Assembly (NCBI GenBank): GCA_964408935.1
Contig: CAYPBF010000002.1
Location: 20,316 to 84,315 of the forward strand
DNA length: 64,000 nt
Source: an uncultured Dehalococcoidales bacterium
GTDB lineage: Bacteria > Chloroflexota > Dehalococcoidia > Dehalococcoidales > BS750m-G39
Direction of reading: 5' to 3'
Shown here: piece by piece, positions 38,018-46,423 of the stretch
How the letters are laid out: every line of letters begins with the position of its first letter
Numbering within the stretch: position 1 is the stretch's first letter
Notes under the pieces: model-generated
Database searches by the model: none
The model's input: only the letters and a program-made list of their open reading frames with translations
Told to the model about the DNA's origin: nothing
Program-made: the position numbers and the translations under genes

Positions 38018-38497
38018 CTAGCCTTCCCCCAACCCCTCCAGCCGCTGCGTCATCGCCCGCCAGTGCGTCCCCCGCCAGTAGATACGCTTGCAAGCCGGGC
38101 ACTGGCGGAACTGCTCCTGCGTCTTGAAGACGTAGGGGGGCACTGAATCTTTAAGCTCTGACTTTTGCCTCTCCACAAGGGGCTGGTTGCACTCCAGGCA
38201 GAGGCTGAAGGGATTGAAGTAGTAGTCGAGGTTAAGGCTATTGATTATTTGGTGAATCTGCTCACTAGGCTGGTCGCTTTCGATTAACAGTGCCTTGAGC
38301 TTGCCCTTGGTCACCAGCCGCCGCTGCATGATGCGGGTGTCCCTGGTCAGTATTATCCGCCCCTCTTTAAGGGCGATGGCCACCATCTCGGCATCGCTTT
38401 CACCGCGGAAGAAGCGGGCGTCGTAGCCCATGAGCCGCAGCCACTTGGCCAGCTTGCCCACGTTGTGGTCGACGATAAACCTCGGGGTGTCTGACAT
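38018..38497 (-). CDS. Mut7-C RNase (PIN-like) domain protein with Zn ribbon
   Basis: FIVDHNVGKLAKWLRLMGYD, ILTRD, CLECN...CPACKRIYWRGTHW. Confidence 0.9.
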   Translation of the reverse strand: MSDTPRFIVDHNVGKLAKWLRLMGYDARFFRGESDAEMVAIALKEGRIILTRDTRIMQRRLVTKGKLKALLIESDQPSEQIHQIINSLNLDYYFNPFSLCLECNQPLVERQKSELKDSVPPYVFKTQEQFRQCPACKRIYWRGTHWRAMTQRLEGLGEG

Positions 38498-38554
38498 ACC
38501 ACCCCCCACGCACGCTATTTACAGACCGACGCAGCCTTACAGGCTAGCGCCCTC

Positions 38555-39322
38555 TTAAAGATTAATCTCCATCCCCTCATGAGCCAGGGTCATGGAAGCG
38601 TCCAGGCGCTTGGCTACCCCCGCCACCTGCGCCGCGATGTCCTTCTCCAGGTGCGGGCTCATGTGCACGATGATTACGCGGGGCAGATAGCCCTTCAGCT
38701 TTTTGAAATCGACCAACTCCCTCTCCAGCAGCGCGGGGGAAAGGTGTCCCCCCTCCGCCGCCCACTCCGTGAACTGGTTGGAAGCAGTGACCTCGATAAT
38801 AAGCAGCTGCGGGGAAACCTTCTCCCAGCACTCGGCCAGCCCCGGCCCCGTATCCCCGGTGTAGAAAAAACTCTTACCGTCTTTAGTCAGCTGGTAGCCC
38901 ACGGTGGGCACACTGTGCTTTACCGGTACGGGCAGAACTTCGTAGTCTAGAATCTTTTGCGGTTTATTCGGCTCGACGACGCCGAATTTAATGATCGGTT
39001 TATCGGGCACTTTGAAGCGGAAAGCGGGGTAAATCACCTCGTTCATCAGGTTATCCTCCACCACCTCGAGCACCTTCGGTATGGAGTAGACGGTGGTACT
39101 AGCGCCGCCCAGGAAAAGGTTCATGCCCAGCATGGGTATATCGCGTACGTGGTCGTAGTGCTGGTGGGTGAGCAGCACTGCCTCTATTTTATGCTGCGCC
39201 TCTAATGATAAGCTGGAGCTAAGACCGCCAGCGTCTATGGCCAATACATCGTCAATAAGCAGGCTGATGAGCCTGGTGTCTTTTGTCTCGCAGTTGTGTG
39301 CCCCCAGAAAACGAATCTTCAT
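38555..39322 (-). CDS. MBL-fold hydrolase (class II cAMP phosphodiesterase-like)
   Basis: AIDAG, THQHYDH, VKHSVPTVGY, YTGDTGP, GHLSP. Confidence 0.8.
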   Translation of the reverse strand: MKIRFLGAHNCETKDTRLISLLIDDVLAIDAGGLSSSLSLEAQHKIEAVLLTHQHYDHVRDIPMLGMNLFLGGASTTVYSIPKVLEVVEDNLMNEVIYPAFRFKVPDKPIIKFGVVEPNKPQKILDYEVLPVPVKHSVPTVGYQLTKDGKSFFYTGDTGPGLAECWEKVSPQLLIIEVTASNQFTEWAAEGGHLSPALLERELVDFKKLKGYLPRVIIVHMSPHLEKDIAAQVAGVAKRLDASMTLAHEGMEINL

Positions 39323-39336
39323 ATTCTACTCACTCT

Positions 39337-40002
39337 CTAATCCCAAAAGCGTAAGGGATTGAAATTGGTGGTGCGGTCGTAGCTGTCGAGACCCTCTTTC
39401 TTCTTCAAGTAGCCGACCACGGCGTAGGTGGCCGGCGTGGCCACGACTTCGATTACTACCTTGAACAGCCACTGGCTCAGGATCACCGTCGGCATGAAGA
39501 AGGGGGTGCCTACGGTAGCTATAGTGGCAAAGACGGCCGTATCCAACCCCTCCCCGATTATGGTCGAGCCGATGGTTCGGCTCCAAAGCCAACGCCCCCG
39601 GGTAAAGACCTTCATTCTGGCCAGTACGTAGGAATTGGCGAACTCCCCCACCAGGTAGCCGCAGACGGAGGCCAAGAGCAGCCGTGGCGTATAGCCCAGT
39701 ATGCTCTCGTAGGCCCCCTGCAACTCCCAGCCCGACGCCCCCGGCAGTATCTGCCCTATCCAGGCGAAGATAACGAAGATAAGGTTGCAGGCAAACCCCA
39801 GCCAGATGACCCGTCGGGCGATTCTGTAGCCGTAGACCTCGGTTAGCACGTCACCGACGATATAGCTTATGGGGAAGATAAAAACGCCAGCGAAGACGGT
39901 AAAGGGCCCGAAGCTTAGCATCTTTACCGAGATGATGTTGGCGGTGATAAAACAGGTAATAAAGAGGGCAGTGATGATAAGCAGTCGGTACGAGACCTTC
40001 AT
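39337..40002 (-). CDS. yhhQ: Queuosine precursor transporter (YhhQ/VUT family)
   Basis: ANIISVK, FPISYIVGDVLTEVYG, RTIGSTIIGEGLDT. Confidence 0.92.
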   Translation of the reverse strand: MKVSYRLLIITALFITCFITANIISVKMLSFGPFTVFAGVFIFPISYIVGDVLTEVYGYRIARRVIWLGFACNLIFVIFAWIGQILPGASGWELQGAYESILGYTPRLLLASVCGYLVGEFANSYVLARMKVFTRGRWLWSRTIGSTIIGEGLDTAVFATIATVGTPFFMPTVILSQWLFKVVIEVVATPATYAVVGYLKKKEGLDSYDRTTNFNPLRFWD

Positions 40003-40018
40003 CTTTATATCTTAATCG

Positions 40019-40999
40019 TTATATCCAGTGGTGACGTCGGAAGAAATAGAGCATACCCGCCACCACCACCGCCCAGATGGAGAAGACGATGAGGAAAGAA
40101 GAGTGCGACTCCTGGAAAGGCAGGGGGACGTTCATACCGTAGATAGAGGCGATGACCGTCAGCGGCAGCAGGATAGTGGCGATAATGGTCAGCATGCGCA
40201 TGACCTCGTTGGTGCGGTTGCTGGCCAGGGAATCGTAGGTATCGTTCAGGCCCTCGATAATCTCCTTGTACTCGTCGAGGGCGTCCCATATCTTGTCCAG
40301 GTGGTCGACGGTATCCCCGAAATAGACCTCCAGGTCCATCCTGGAATAGCGGCGGATTTTAGGCTCAATTCCCCCGATAACCGCCCGCATCGGCCAGACA
40401 ATACGGCGGAAGGAGATAACGTCCCGCCTTAAGGTCGAGATTTCACGCACTGTCCGCCGCGCCTTCACGGCGAAGATGGCGTCCTCCACCGCCTCGATAT
40501 TTTCCCCGATTTTATTCAAGATGGGAAAGCAGTAGTCCACCAGCCTATCGATGATGCGGTAGAGCAGGTAGCCCGAACCCTGGCTGAAATACTCCTTCCT
40601 TATATTGTCTTCGCTCTGGCACTGGTTAAAGAGGTTTACCAGGGGCTTAAGGTCGCCCTTGTGCAGAGTAATCAGGTAGCCCTGCCCGATAAAGACCGAA
40701 ACCTGGCTGGGGGTGGTCACCCGGGCCTGGGGGCTGAAGACGGGGAAGTGAAAGACCAGGAAAAGGTATTCGTCGTAGCGGTCTATCTTGGGCCGTTGGA
40801 TACGGCTCAGACAATCGTCCAGATCCAGCGGATGGAACGGGTAGTTTTCTGCCAGCCAGTCTGTCTCCGCCTTGCCTGGAGACTCGATATTAATCCAGGT
40901 CAGCTCGTCACCAGTCACCGACTCAATATTGAGCTTACTCGACTCTGGCGCCAGTTCGGGAGCGTTTTTTTTGCCTCTTCTCATCCTCGGGATGGCCAT
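40019..40999 (-). CDS. corA: Magnesium/cobalt transporter CorA
   Basis: QRPKID, NEVMRMLT, YGMN signature. Confidence 0.95.
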   Translation of the reverse strand: MAIPRMRRGKKNAPELAPESSKLNIESVTGDELTWINIESPGKAETDWLAENYPFHPLDLDDCLSRIQRPKIDRYDEYLFLVFHFPVFSPQARVTTPSQVSVFIGQGYLITLHKGDLKPLVNLFNQCQSEDNIRKEYFSQGSGYLLYRIIDRLVDYCFPILNKIGENIEAVEDAIFAVKARRTVREISTLRRDVISFRRIVWPMRAVIGGIEPKIRRYSRMDLEVYFGDTVDHLDKIWDALDEYKEIIEGLNDTYDSLASNRTNEVMRMLTIIATILLPLTVIASIYGMNVPLPFQESHSSFLIVFSIWAVVVAGMLYFFRRHHWI

Positions 41000-41097
41000 A
41001 ATACTGTCTCCGCCTAGAATACCGCCCTATTCTACCACAATCGTTGCCAAATAGCACTCTATCTGCTATATTCTATAGCGGAGTCAGCGGGGACGCT

Positions 41098-41274
41098 ATG
41101 AAAATTAAAACGAAGCCCTCATTGGGTGACAGGATTAAAATACGTTTCAAGAAGATGATGGGGAAGAACATCTTCCTCTGCGATAGCTGCAAATGGGACT
41201 GGCGCAGCACCTGTCACCGCCCCGAAAGGCCCAACGCCACCTGGTGCCCCGACTACGCCAAGCGGGGCAAATAG
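41098..41274 (+). CDS. Small basic Cys-rich protein
   Basis: MKIKTKP...LCDSCKWDWRSTCHRPERPNATWCPDY; divergent from corA, convergent with thiolase. Confidence 0.6.
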   Translation: MKIKTKPSLGDRIKIRFKKMMGKNIFLCDSCKWDWRSTCHRPERPNATWCPDYAKRGK

Positions 41275-41275
41275 C

Positions 41276-42556
41276 CTAAACCTTCTCTAAGACGACGCCC
41301 ATCCCCTGCCCCCCACCGATGCAAAGCGTGGCCAACCCCAGATGATAGTTCCGCCGTGTCATCTCATACATCAGGGTAACGATGATGCGGGCCCCCGTGC
41401 AGCCGATAGGGTGCCCCAGCGAGATACCGCTGCCGTGCGGGTTCACCTTCTCGGTGCCCACCCCCAGCTCTTTCATCACTCCGATAGCCTGCGAGGCAAA
41501 GGCCTCGTTAAGCTCAATGCAGTCGATATCCTTTAGCTCGACACCAGCCAGCTTCAGCGCCTTTCTAGCCGCGGGCACCGCCCCCAGCCCCATGAAGGCG
41601 GGGTCGACGCCACCCGAGGCGTAAGACCTGAGCCTAGCCAGCGGCTTAAGGCCCAATTCTTTAGCCTTGTCCGCCGACATCACCACCATGGCCGCGGCGG
41701 CGTCGGTGATGCCCGAGGCGTTGCCCGCGGTTACCGAGCCGTCCTTCTTAAACACGGCGGGTAGTTTAGCCAGCGCCTCCATACTGGTCTCACGGGGGTG
41801 CTCGTCGGTGTCGAACTGCTTGACTTCTTTCTTGACCTTGACCTCGACGGGCACTATCTCCTGGCGAAAGATGCCTTCCTTTATCGCCGCCAGCGCCCGC
41901 TGGTGGCTGAGCAGGGCCAGTTTGTCCTGCTCCTCACGGCCTATATCGTATTTCTCGGCGATATTCTCCGAGGTTATGCCCATATGGTAGTTATAGAAAA
42001 TCTCCCAGAGGCCGTCATAGACCATGCCGTCAATCATCTCGGCGTTGAACATGCGGGCCCCCCACCGCGCGCTGGGCAGGTAGTAAGGCACGGCGCTCAT
42101 GTTCTCCATACCTCCGGCTATGATAACCTCGGCGTCGCCGGCCTTGATGGCCTGGGCCGCCAGCGCCACCGCCTTCATCCCCGAGGCGCAAATCTTGTTC
42201 GCGGTGAAGGCGTTTACCTCTTTGGGAATGCCCGCGTTTATGGACGCCTGGCGGGCGGTATTTTGGCCCTGCCCCGCCTGGAGGACGTTGCCCATGATGA
42301 CTTCGTCGATGCGCACCTCTTTCAGGGAGTCATCCCAGTCGAAGTACTTCTTCTCTAATTCGATAAGTTCGTCGCCCTTTAGCGCGTTGGGTACGAAGCT
42401 GTTGTCAGGAGGGCCTTTCTTGGGGCGCAGGCCCGCCCTCTTCATCGCCTCTTTGATGACGATGCTGCCCAGCTTCATTACTGGCGTATTCTGCAGGGCG
42501 CCACCGTAGTTAGCGATAGCCGTTCTCACCCCGCTGACAATTACCACCTCGGTCAT
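41276..42556 (-). CDS. Acetyl-CoA C-acyltransferase (thiolase)
   Basis: NKICASG, NEAF, GHPIG, LCIGGG; about 30-aa insertion after the N-terminal helix. Confidence 0.95.
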   Translation of the reverse strand: MTEVVIVSGVRTAIANYGGALQNTPVMKLGSIVIKEAMKRAGLRPKKGPPDNSFVPNALKGDELIELEKKYFDWDDSLKEVRIDEVIMGNVLQAGQGQNTARQASINAGIPKEVNAFTANKICASGMKAVALAAQAIKAGDAEVIIAGGMENMSAVPYYLPSARWGARMFNAEMIDGMVYDGLWEIFYNYHMGITSENIAEKYDIGREEQDKLALLSHQRALAAIKEGIFRQEIVPVEVKVKKEVKQFDTDEHPRETSMEALAKLPAVFKKDGSVTAGNASGITDAAAAMVVMSADKAKELGLKPLARLRSYASGGVDPAFMGLGAVPAARKALKLAGVELKDIDCIELNEAFASQAIGVMKELGVGTEKVNPHGSGISLGHPIGCTGARIIVTLMYEMTRRNYHLGLATLCIGGGQGMGVVLEKV

Positions 42557-42617
42557 AAAAAGCCTCCTTCTAACTGGCTCTAGCTATTCTCTTAAGCTTT
42601 ACCTATAACTTAGGACT

Positions 42618-43472
42618 CTATTTGCTGTAATCGTAAAAGCCCTTACCCGTCTTGCGCCCCAGCCACCCCGCCGCCACCATCTTGTCCACCAGCGTGGGCG
42701 TGATGTAGCGGGGGTCTTTAAGCTGCTCGTAGAGGGCGTCGGCCACGAACTTGACCACGTCGATGCCCACCATGTCGGAAAGCGTCAGCGGCCCCATCGG
42801 GTAATTCAGGCCCAGCTGTATGGCGTTATCGATGTCCTCGCGGCTGGCCACCCCGTCCTCGTAGAGGCGGATACAGTGGAGCAGGAAGGGTATCCAGAGG
42901 CGGTTGACGATGAAGCCAGGCGCGTCCTGGGCGACGACGGTGGTCTTGCCCAGTTTCGCGCCGAACTCCTGGCTGGTGGTCATCGTCGCCTGGCTGGTGG
43001 CGATAGTCTTGACGATTTCGAGCAGCTTCATCACTGGCGCCGGGTTAAAGAAGTGCAGCCCCACCACCTTATCCGCCCGCTTGGTGGCTATGGCCATGTC
43101 GATGATGGACAGGCAGGAGGTGTTGGTGGCCAAGATAGCCTCCTTGGGACAGATGCCGTCCAGCTCACCGAATATCTTCTTCTTTAAGTCCAGATTCTCG
43201 ATGGCGGCCTCAATCATAAGGTCGCAATCAGCAAAGTCCTTAGTGCTGGTGGTACCCTTGATGCGCCCCATTATGGCGTCTTTATCCTTTTGTTCCAGTT
43301 TGCCCTTTTCCACGCTGCGGGCCAGTGTCTTATCGATGAAGCCCAGCCCACGCTTTAGTAGCTCGTCGTTTATCTCCGATACCACCACCGGGAAACCCGA
43401 CTGAGCGCAAAGCTGAGCGATGCCCGCGCCCATAGCCCCGCAGCCAACTACTCCGACCTTCTTTACTTCCAT
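42618..43472 (-). CDS. hbd: 3-hydroxybutyryl/3-hydroxyacyl-CoA dehydrogenase
   Basis: GCGAMGAG, EAAIEN, ATNTS, GLHFFNPAP, GRKTGKGFY. Confidence 0.93.
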   Translation of the reverse strand: MEVKKVGVVGCGAMGAGIAQLCAQSGFPVVVSEINDELLKRGLGFIDKTLARSVEKGKLEQKDKDAIMGRIKGTTSTKDFADCDLMIEAAIENLDLKKKIFGELDGICPKEAILATNTSCLSIIDMAIATKRADKVVGLHFFNPAPVMKLLEIVKTIATSQATMTTSQEFGAKLGKTTVVAQDAPGFIVNRLWIPFLLHCIRLYEDGVASREDIDNAIQLGLNYPMGPLTLSDMVGIDVVKFVADALYEQLKDPRYITPTLVDKMVAAGWLGRKTGKGFYDYSK

Positions 43473-43500
43473 TATAGGCTCCTCTCCTTTTATGTAAAGT

Positions 43501-44271
43501 TTATTTTGCCTTATAGTTTGGCTTTCGCTTCTCGACGAAAGCCTTGGTGCCTTCGATGAAGTCCTCGGTAGCCATCACGGAGGCCACCAGAGCATTCTCC
43601 AGTCTCAACCCCTCTTCTATGGTCATCGCTGAACCGCGGAGCATGGCTTCCTTGGCCGCCCTCACCGCCAGCGGCGCCGCCTTACAGAGGGCTTCCGCCC
43701 ACTCCCTGGCCGTAGCCATAACCTCGGCCTGGGGCACCACCTGGTTCACCAGCCCGATGCGGTAGGCCTCCTGGGCGTCTATCAGTTTGCCCATGAGCAG
43801 CAGCTCCGCCGCCTTACACCAGGGAATAGCCCGCGGCAGACGCTGCGTCCCTCCCCACCCCGGAATCAGCCCCAGCGTCACCTCGGGAGTGCCCAGGCGG
43901 GCGTTCTCGGCGACGATTCTGATGTCGCAGGCCAGGGCCAGCTCCAGCCCCCCACCCAGCGCCATCCCGTTGATGGCGGCAACCATGGGCTTCCACAGCT
44001 CCAGACCCCGCATTATGCTGGCGGGCATCGCCCATTGGCTCCGGCTGTGCTCCTTCATAAAGGGCAGCGTGTCCTTGATGTCGGCGCCGCCGCAAAAGGC
44101 CTTCTCCCCGGCGCCGGTGACGATACCCACCCAGAGCTTGTCGTCGTCGCGGAAGTCCTTTAACGCATCGTGGAACTGGCGCATCGTCTCCATGCTCAAG
44201 GCGTTCATCGCCTCGGGGCGGTTGATGGTGAAGATAGCGATTCGGCCTTCCTTCTTGTAGTCGATTGCCAT
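43501..44271 (-). CDS. Enoyl-CoA hydratase (crotonase)
   Basis: INRPEAMNAL, AFCGGAD, GGGLELALACD, PEVTLGLIPGWGGTQRL; start reset to ATG 44271 (GGGAGGT RBS). Confidence 0.93.
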   Translation of the reverse strand: MAIDYKKEGRIAIFTINRPEAMNALSMETMRQFHDALKDFRDDDKLWVGIVTGAGEKAFCGGADIKDTLPFMKEHSRSQWAMPASIMRGLELWKPMVAAINGMALGGGLELALACDIRIVAENARLGTPEVTLGLIPGWGGTQRLPRAIPWCKAAELLLMGKLIDAQEAYRIGLVNQVVPQAEVMATAREWAEALCKAAPLAVRAAKEAMLRGSAMTIEEGLRLENALVASVMATEDFIEGTKAFVEKRKPNYKAK

Positions 44272-44410
44272 AACAGACCTCCCTTGCAGTGCTGAAAAGC
44301 GGTTTGTAAAAAAGAGGAATAACCGAATGGATTTTATCAGAGCGCCTCCGTTAGCGTCAAGGAAAAATGAATAAAATCCCCTGCCTTCTTTGAGGCGTAA
44401 CTGATAATTG

Positions 44411-44492
44411 CCCACCCCACCCCGATTTTATCTTTTCCCACCCACCACCCTTTTAAGGAATTAAGAGGGGTTTCACCCCTCTTAAACACCCC
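44411..44492 (-). repeat. Hairpin + G-run dispersed repeat, copy 8 (degenerate G4)
   Basis: Minus strand GGGGTGTTTAAGAGGGGTGAAACCCCTCTTAA...GGGTGGTGGGTGGGAAAAGATAAAATCGGGGTGGGG. Confidence 0.75.
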
Positions 44493-44520
44493 AAGAGGAC
44501 ATCGGCTCCACATATCATGG

Positions 44521-44603
44521 GGGAGTCCAAGAGGGGGCGCAGCCCCTTCTTGAAAGACGTTTCTGGGCGGGTTGGTGTGGGAAGAAAGACCTGGGGGGTG
44601 GGG
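44521..44603 (+). repeat. Hairpin + G-run dispersed repeat, copy 9 (degenerate G4)
   Basis: CAAGAGGGGGCGCAGCCCCTTCTTG...GGGCGGGTTGGTGTGGGAAGAAAGACCTGGGG (tail shared with copy 4). Confidence 0.7.
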
Positions 44604-44657
44604 TAGGGTTGATTACCCCCCAACCTATGTGATAATATACTCAACTGAAAAACTAAA

Positions 44658-44760
44658 TACTCTCTCCGAGCCCGCTCATCCTAAAGCTTTAAGCTACGGA
44701 GTGCAGGCCGATAGGGTATCGCTGGAAACGGCGGTGCCTCCCGTGTTTGGAAAGGAGAGC
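44658..44760 (+). ncRNA. Moco/Tuco (molybdenum/tungsten cofactor) riboswitch
   Basis: Conserved elements CTCCGAG...CCTAA...CTACGG...AGGGT...GGAAAC...GCCTCCCGTGTTTGGAAAGGAG upstream of tupA. Confidence 0.85.
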
Positions 44761-44785
44761 GCTCATGCTGACGTTATTGGCATGC

Positions 44786-44815
44786 AGAGCACCTCCTCCG
44801 AGGTGCTTTTTCTTT
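44786..44815 (+). terminator. Intrinsic terminator in the riboswitch expression platform
   Basis: AGCACCTC-CTCC-GAGGTGCT followed by TTTTCTTT. Confidence 0.8.
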
Positions 44816-44849
44816 GCGCATATCTTAAACGAATTATAAGGAGTACACT

Positions 44850-45719
44850 TTGAAAAGACTTACCATCGTTATAGTATCAGCGCTGGTCATCGCCAGCTTA
44901 TTGATTGGCTTTGTCGGCTGCGGCGGCACTGACCCGCTGGCGGCCCAGGAAAGGCTGAGAGTGGCCACCACCACCAGCCTCTACGACACCGGTCTCTGGG
45001 GCTACCTGGAGCCAATGTTCGAAGAGGAATACGGGGTAGAGGTCGATATACTATCCGCGGGCACCGGCATCGCCATAGAATACGGCATGCGCGGTGACGT
45101 CGATGTCATCACCGTCCACTCCAAGTCCCGCGAAGAGGCCTTCGTCGCCGACGGCTACGGCGTCGAGCGCGTCCCTTTCGCCTATAATTATTTCCTCATC
45201 GTCGGCCCCGCCGATGACCCCGCCGGCATTAAGGACATGAGCCCCGAAGACGCCTTCGACACCCTCTTCCAGTCGGCCAGCGCCAAATTTATCTCTCGCG
45301 GTGACGACTCGGGAACGCACGGCAAGGAGAAGGCAATCTGGGCCGCCGCTGGCTATGACTACGAAGAGGTCAGGACGGCGGGAAGCTGGTACGTTGAGGC
45401 AGCGGGAGGCATGGGGCAGACCCTGCTCAGGGCCAGCGAGATGGGCGGCTACACCCTCACCGACATGGGTACCTTCCTCTCCTACCAGAGCGACCTGTCG
45501 CTGGTACCCATCGTGCAGGAGGGCTCGATACTGCTCAACGTCTACTCGGTGATTGCCGTCAACCCGGAAAGCGACCCCAACACCAACATAGATATGGCCA
45601 ACAACATGGTGGCTTTCCTCACCTCAGACGAGATTCAGGATCTTATCGGCGAATACGGCGTCGAGGAATACGGCATGCAGCTCTTTATCCCCTGCGCCGG
45701 GAACGAGCCGACTTCATAA
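44850..45719 (+). CDS. tupA: Tungstate ABC transporter substrate-binding lipoprotein
   Basis: Lipobox VGC; ATTTS tungstate motif, SRGDDSGTH. Confidence 0.92.
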   Translation: MKRLTIVIVSALVIASLLIGFVGCGGTDPLAAQERLRVATTTSLYDTGLWGYLEPMFEEEYGVEVDILSAGTGIAIEYGMRGDVDVITVHSKSREEAFVADGYGVERVPFAYNYFLIVGPADDPAGIKDMSPEDAFDTLFQSASAKFISRGDDSGTHGKEKAIWAAAGYDYEEVRTAGSWYVEAAGGMGQTLLRASEMGGYTLTDMGTFLSYQSDLSLVPIVQEGSILLNVYSVIAVNPESDPNTNIDMANNMVAFLTSDEIQDLIGEYGVEEYGMQLFIPCAGNEPTS

Positions 45720-45735
45720 AAAAAGGGGTTAAAAA

Positions 45736-46422
45736 TTGGGCGAGCTCTGGGACGGTCTGGTCACCGCCCTAAAACTGATAGTATCCTTTGACCCCGAGGT
45801 CATGGCGATAGCGGGGAGGTCGCTGGCGATTTCGGCGACCTCCTCCACCATCGCTGCCCTGATATGTCTGCCGCTGGCCACCGTCATCCACTTCAACAAG
45901 TTCTGGGGCAAGCGCACCCTGATAAACGTTGTCCAGACCATGTTCAGCCTGCCCACGGTGGCGGTGGGGCTCTTCGTCTTCGTCCTCTTCTCCAGCGCCG
46001 GGCCCATAGGCGGGCTGGGCATCCTGTTCAGCCCCCCCGTCATGGTCATCGGCCAGGTCATGCTCATCTCCCCCATAATGCTCGGGCTGACCATCTCGGC
46101 GCTGAGCGGCGTCGATAAAACCATTCCCGATACCGCCGTCTCCCTCGGCGCCAACCGCTTCCAGATGGCCTTCGTCACCATACGGGAGGCCCGCTTTGCC
46201 GTGCTGGCGGCGCTGATTATGGGCTTCGGGCGGGCCATCTCCGAGGTCGGTCTGTCTCTGATGGTCGGCGGCAACATCGCAGGCTACACCCGCACCATCA
46301 CCACCGCCATATCGTTGGAATCCTCCAAGGGCGACCTGGAACTGGCGCTGGCGCTGGGTATCATCCTTATAGTCATCGCCCTGATAATCAATCTTGTGCT
46401 CAATCGGATTCAGCAGAGGTAA
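45736..46422 (+). CDS. tupB: Tungstate ABC transporter permease
   Basis: LPTVAVGL, FGRAISEVG...GGNI...TRTITTAI. Confidence 0.92.
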   Translation: MGELWDGLVTALKLIVSFDPEVMAIAGRSLAISATSSTIAALICLPLATVIHFNKFWGKRTLINVVQTMFSLPTVAVGLFVFVLFSSAGPIGGLGILFSPPVMVIGQVMLISPIMLGLTISALSGVDKTIPDTAVSLGANRFQMAFVTIREARFAVLAALIMGFGRAISEVGLSLMVGGNIAGYTRTITTAISLESSKGDLELALALGIILIVIALIINLVLNRIQQR

Positions 46423-46423
46423 A

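Noticed and set aside
44272-44415. 48-aa N-terminal extension of the crotonase in the ORF track
   Set aside because: A strong RBS precedes ATG 44271 and the extension is not crotonase-like
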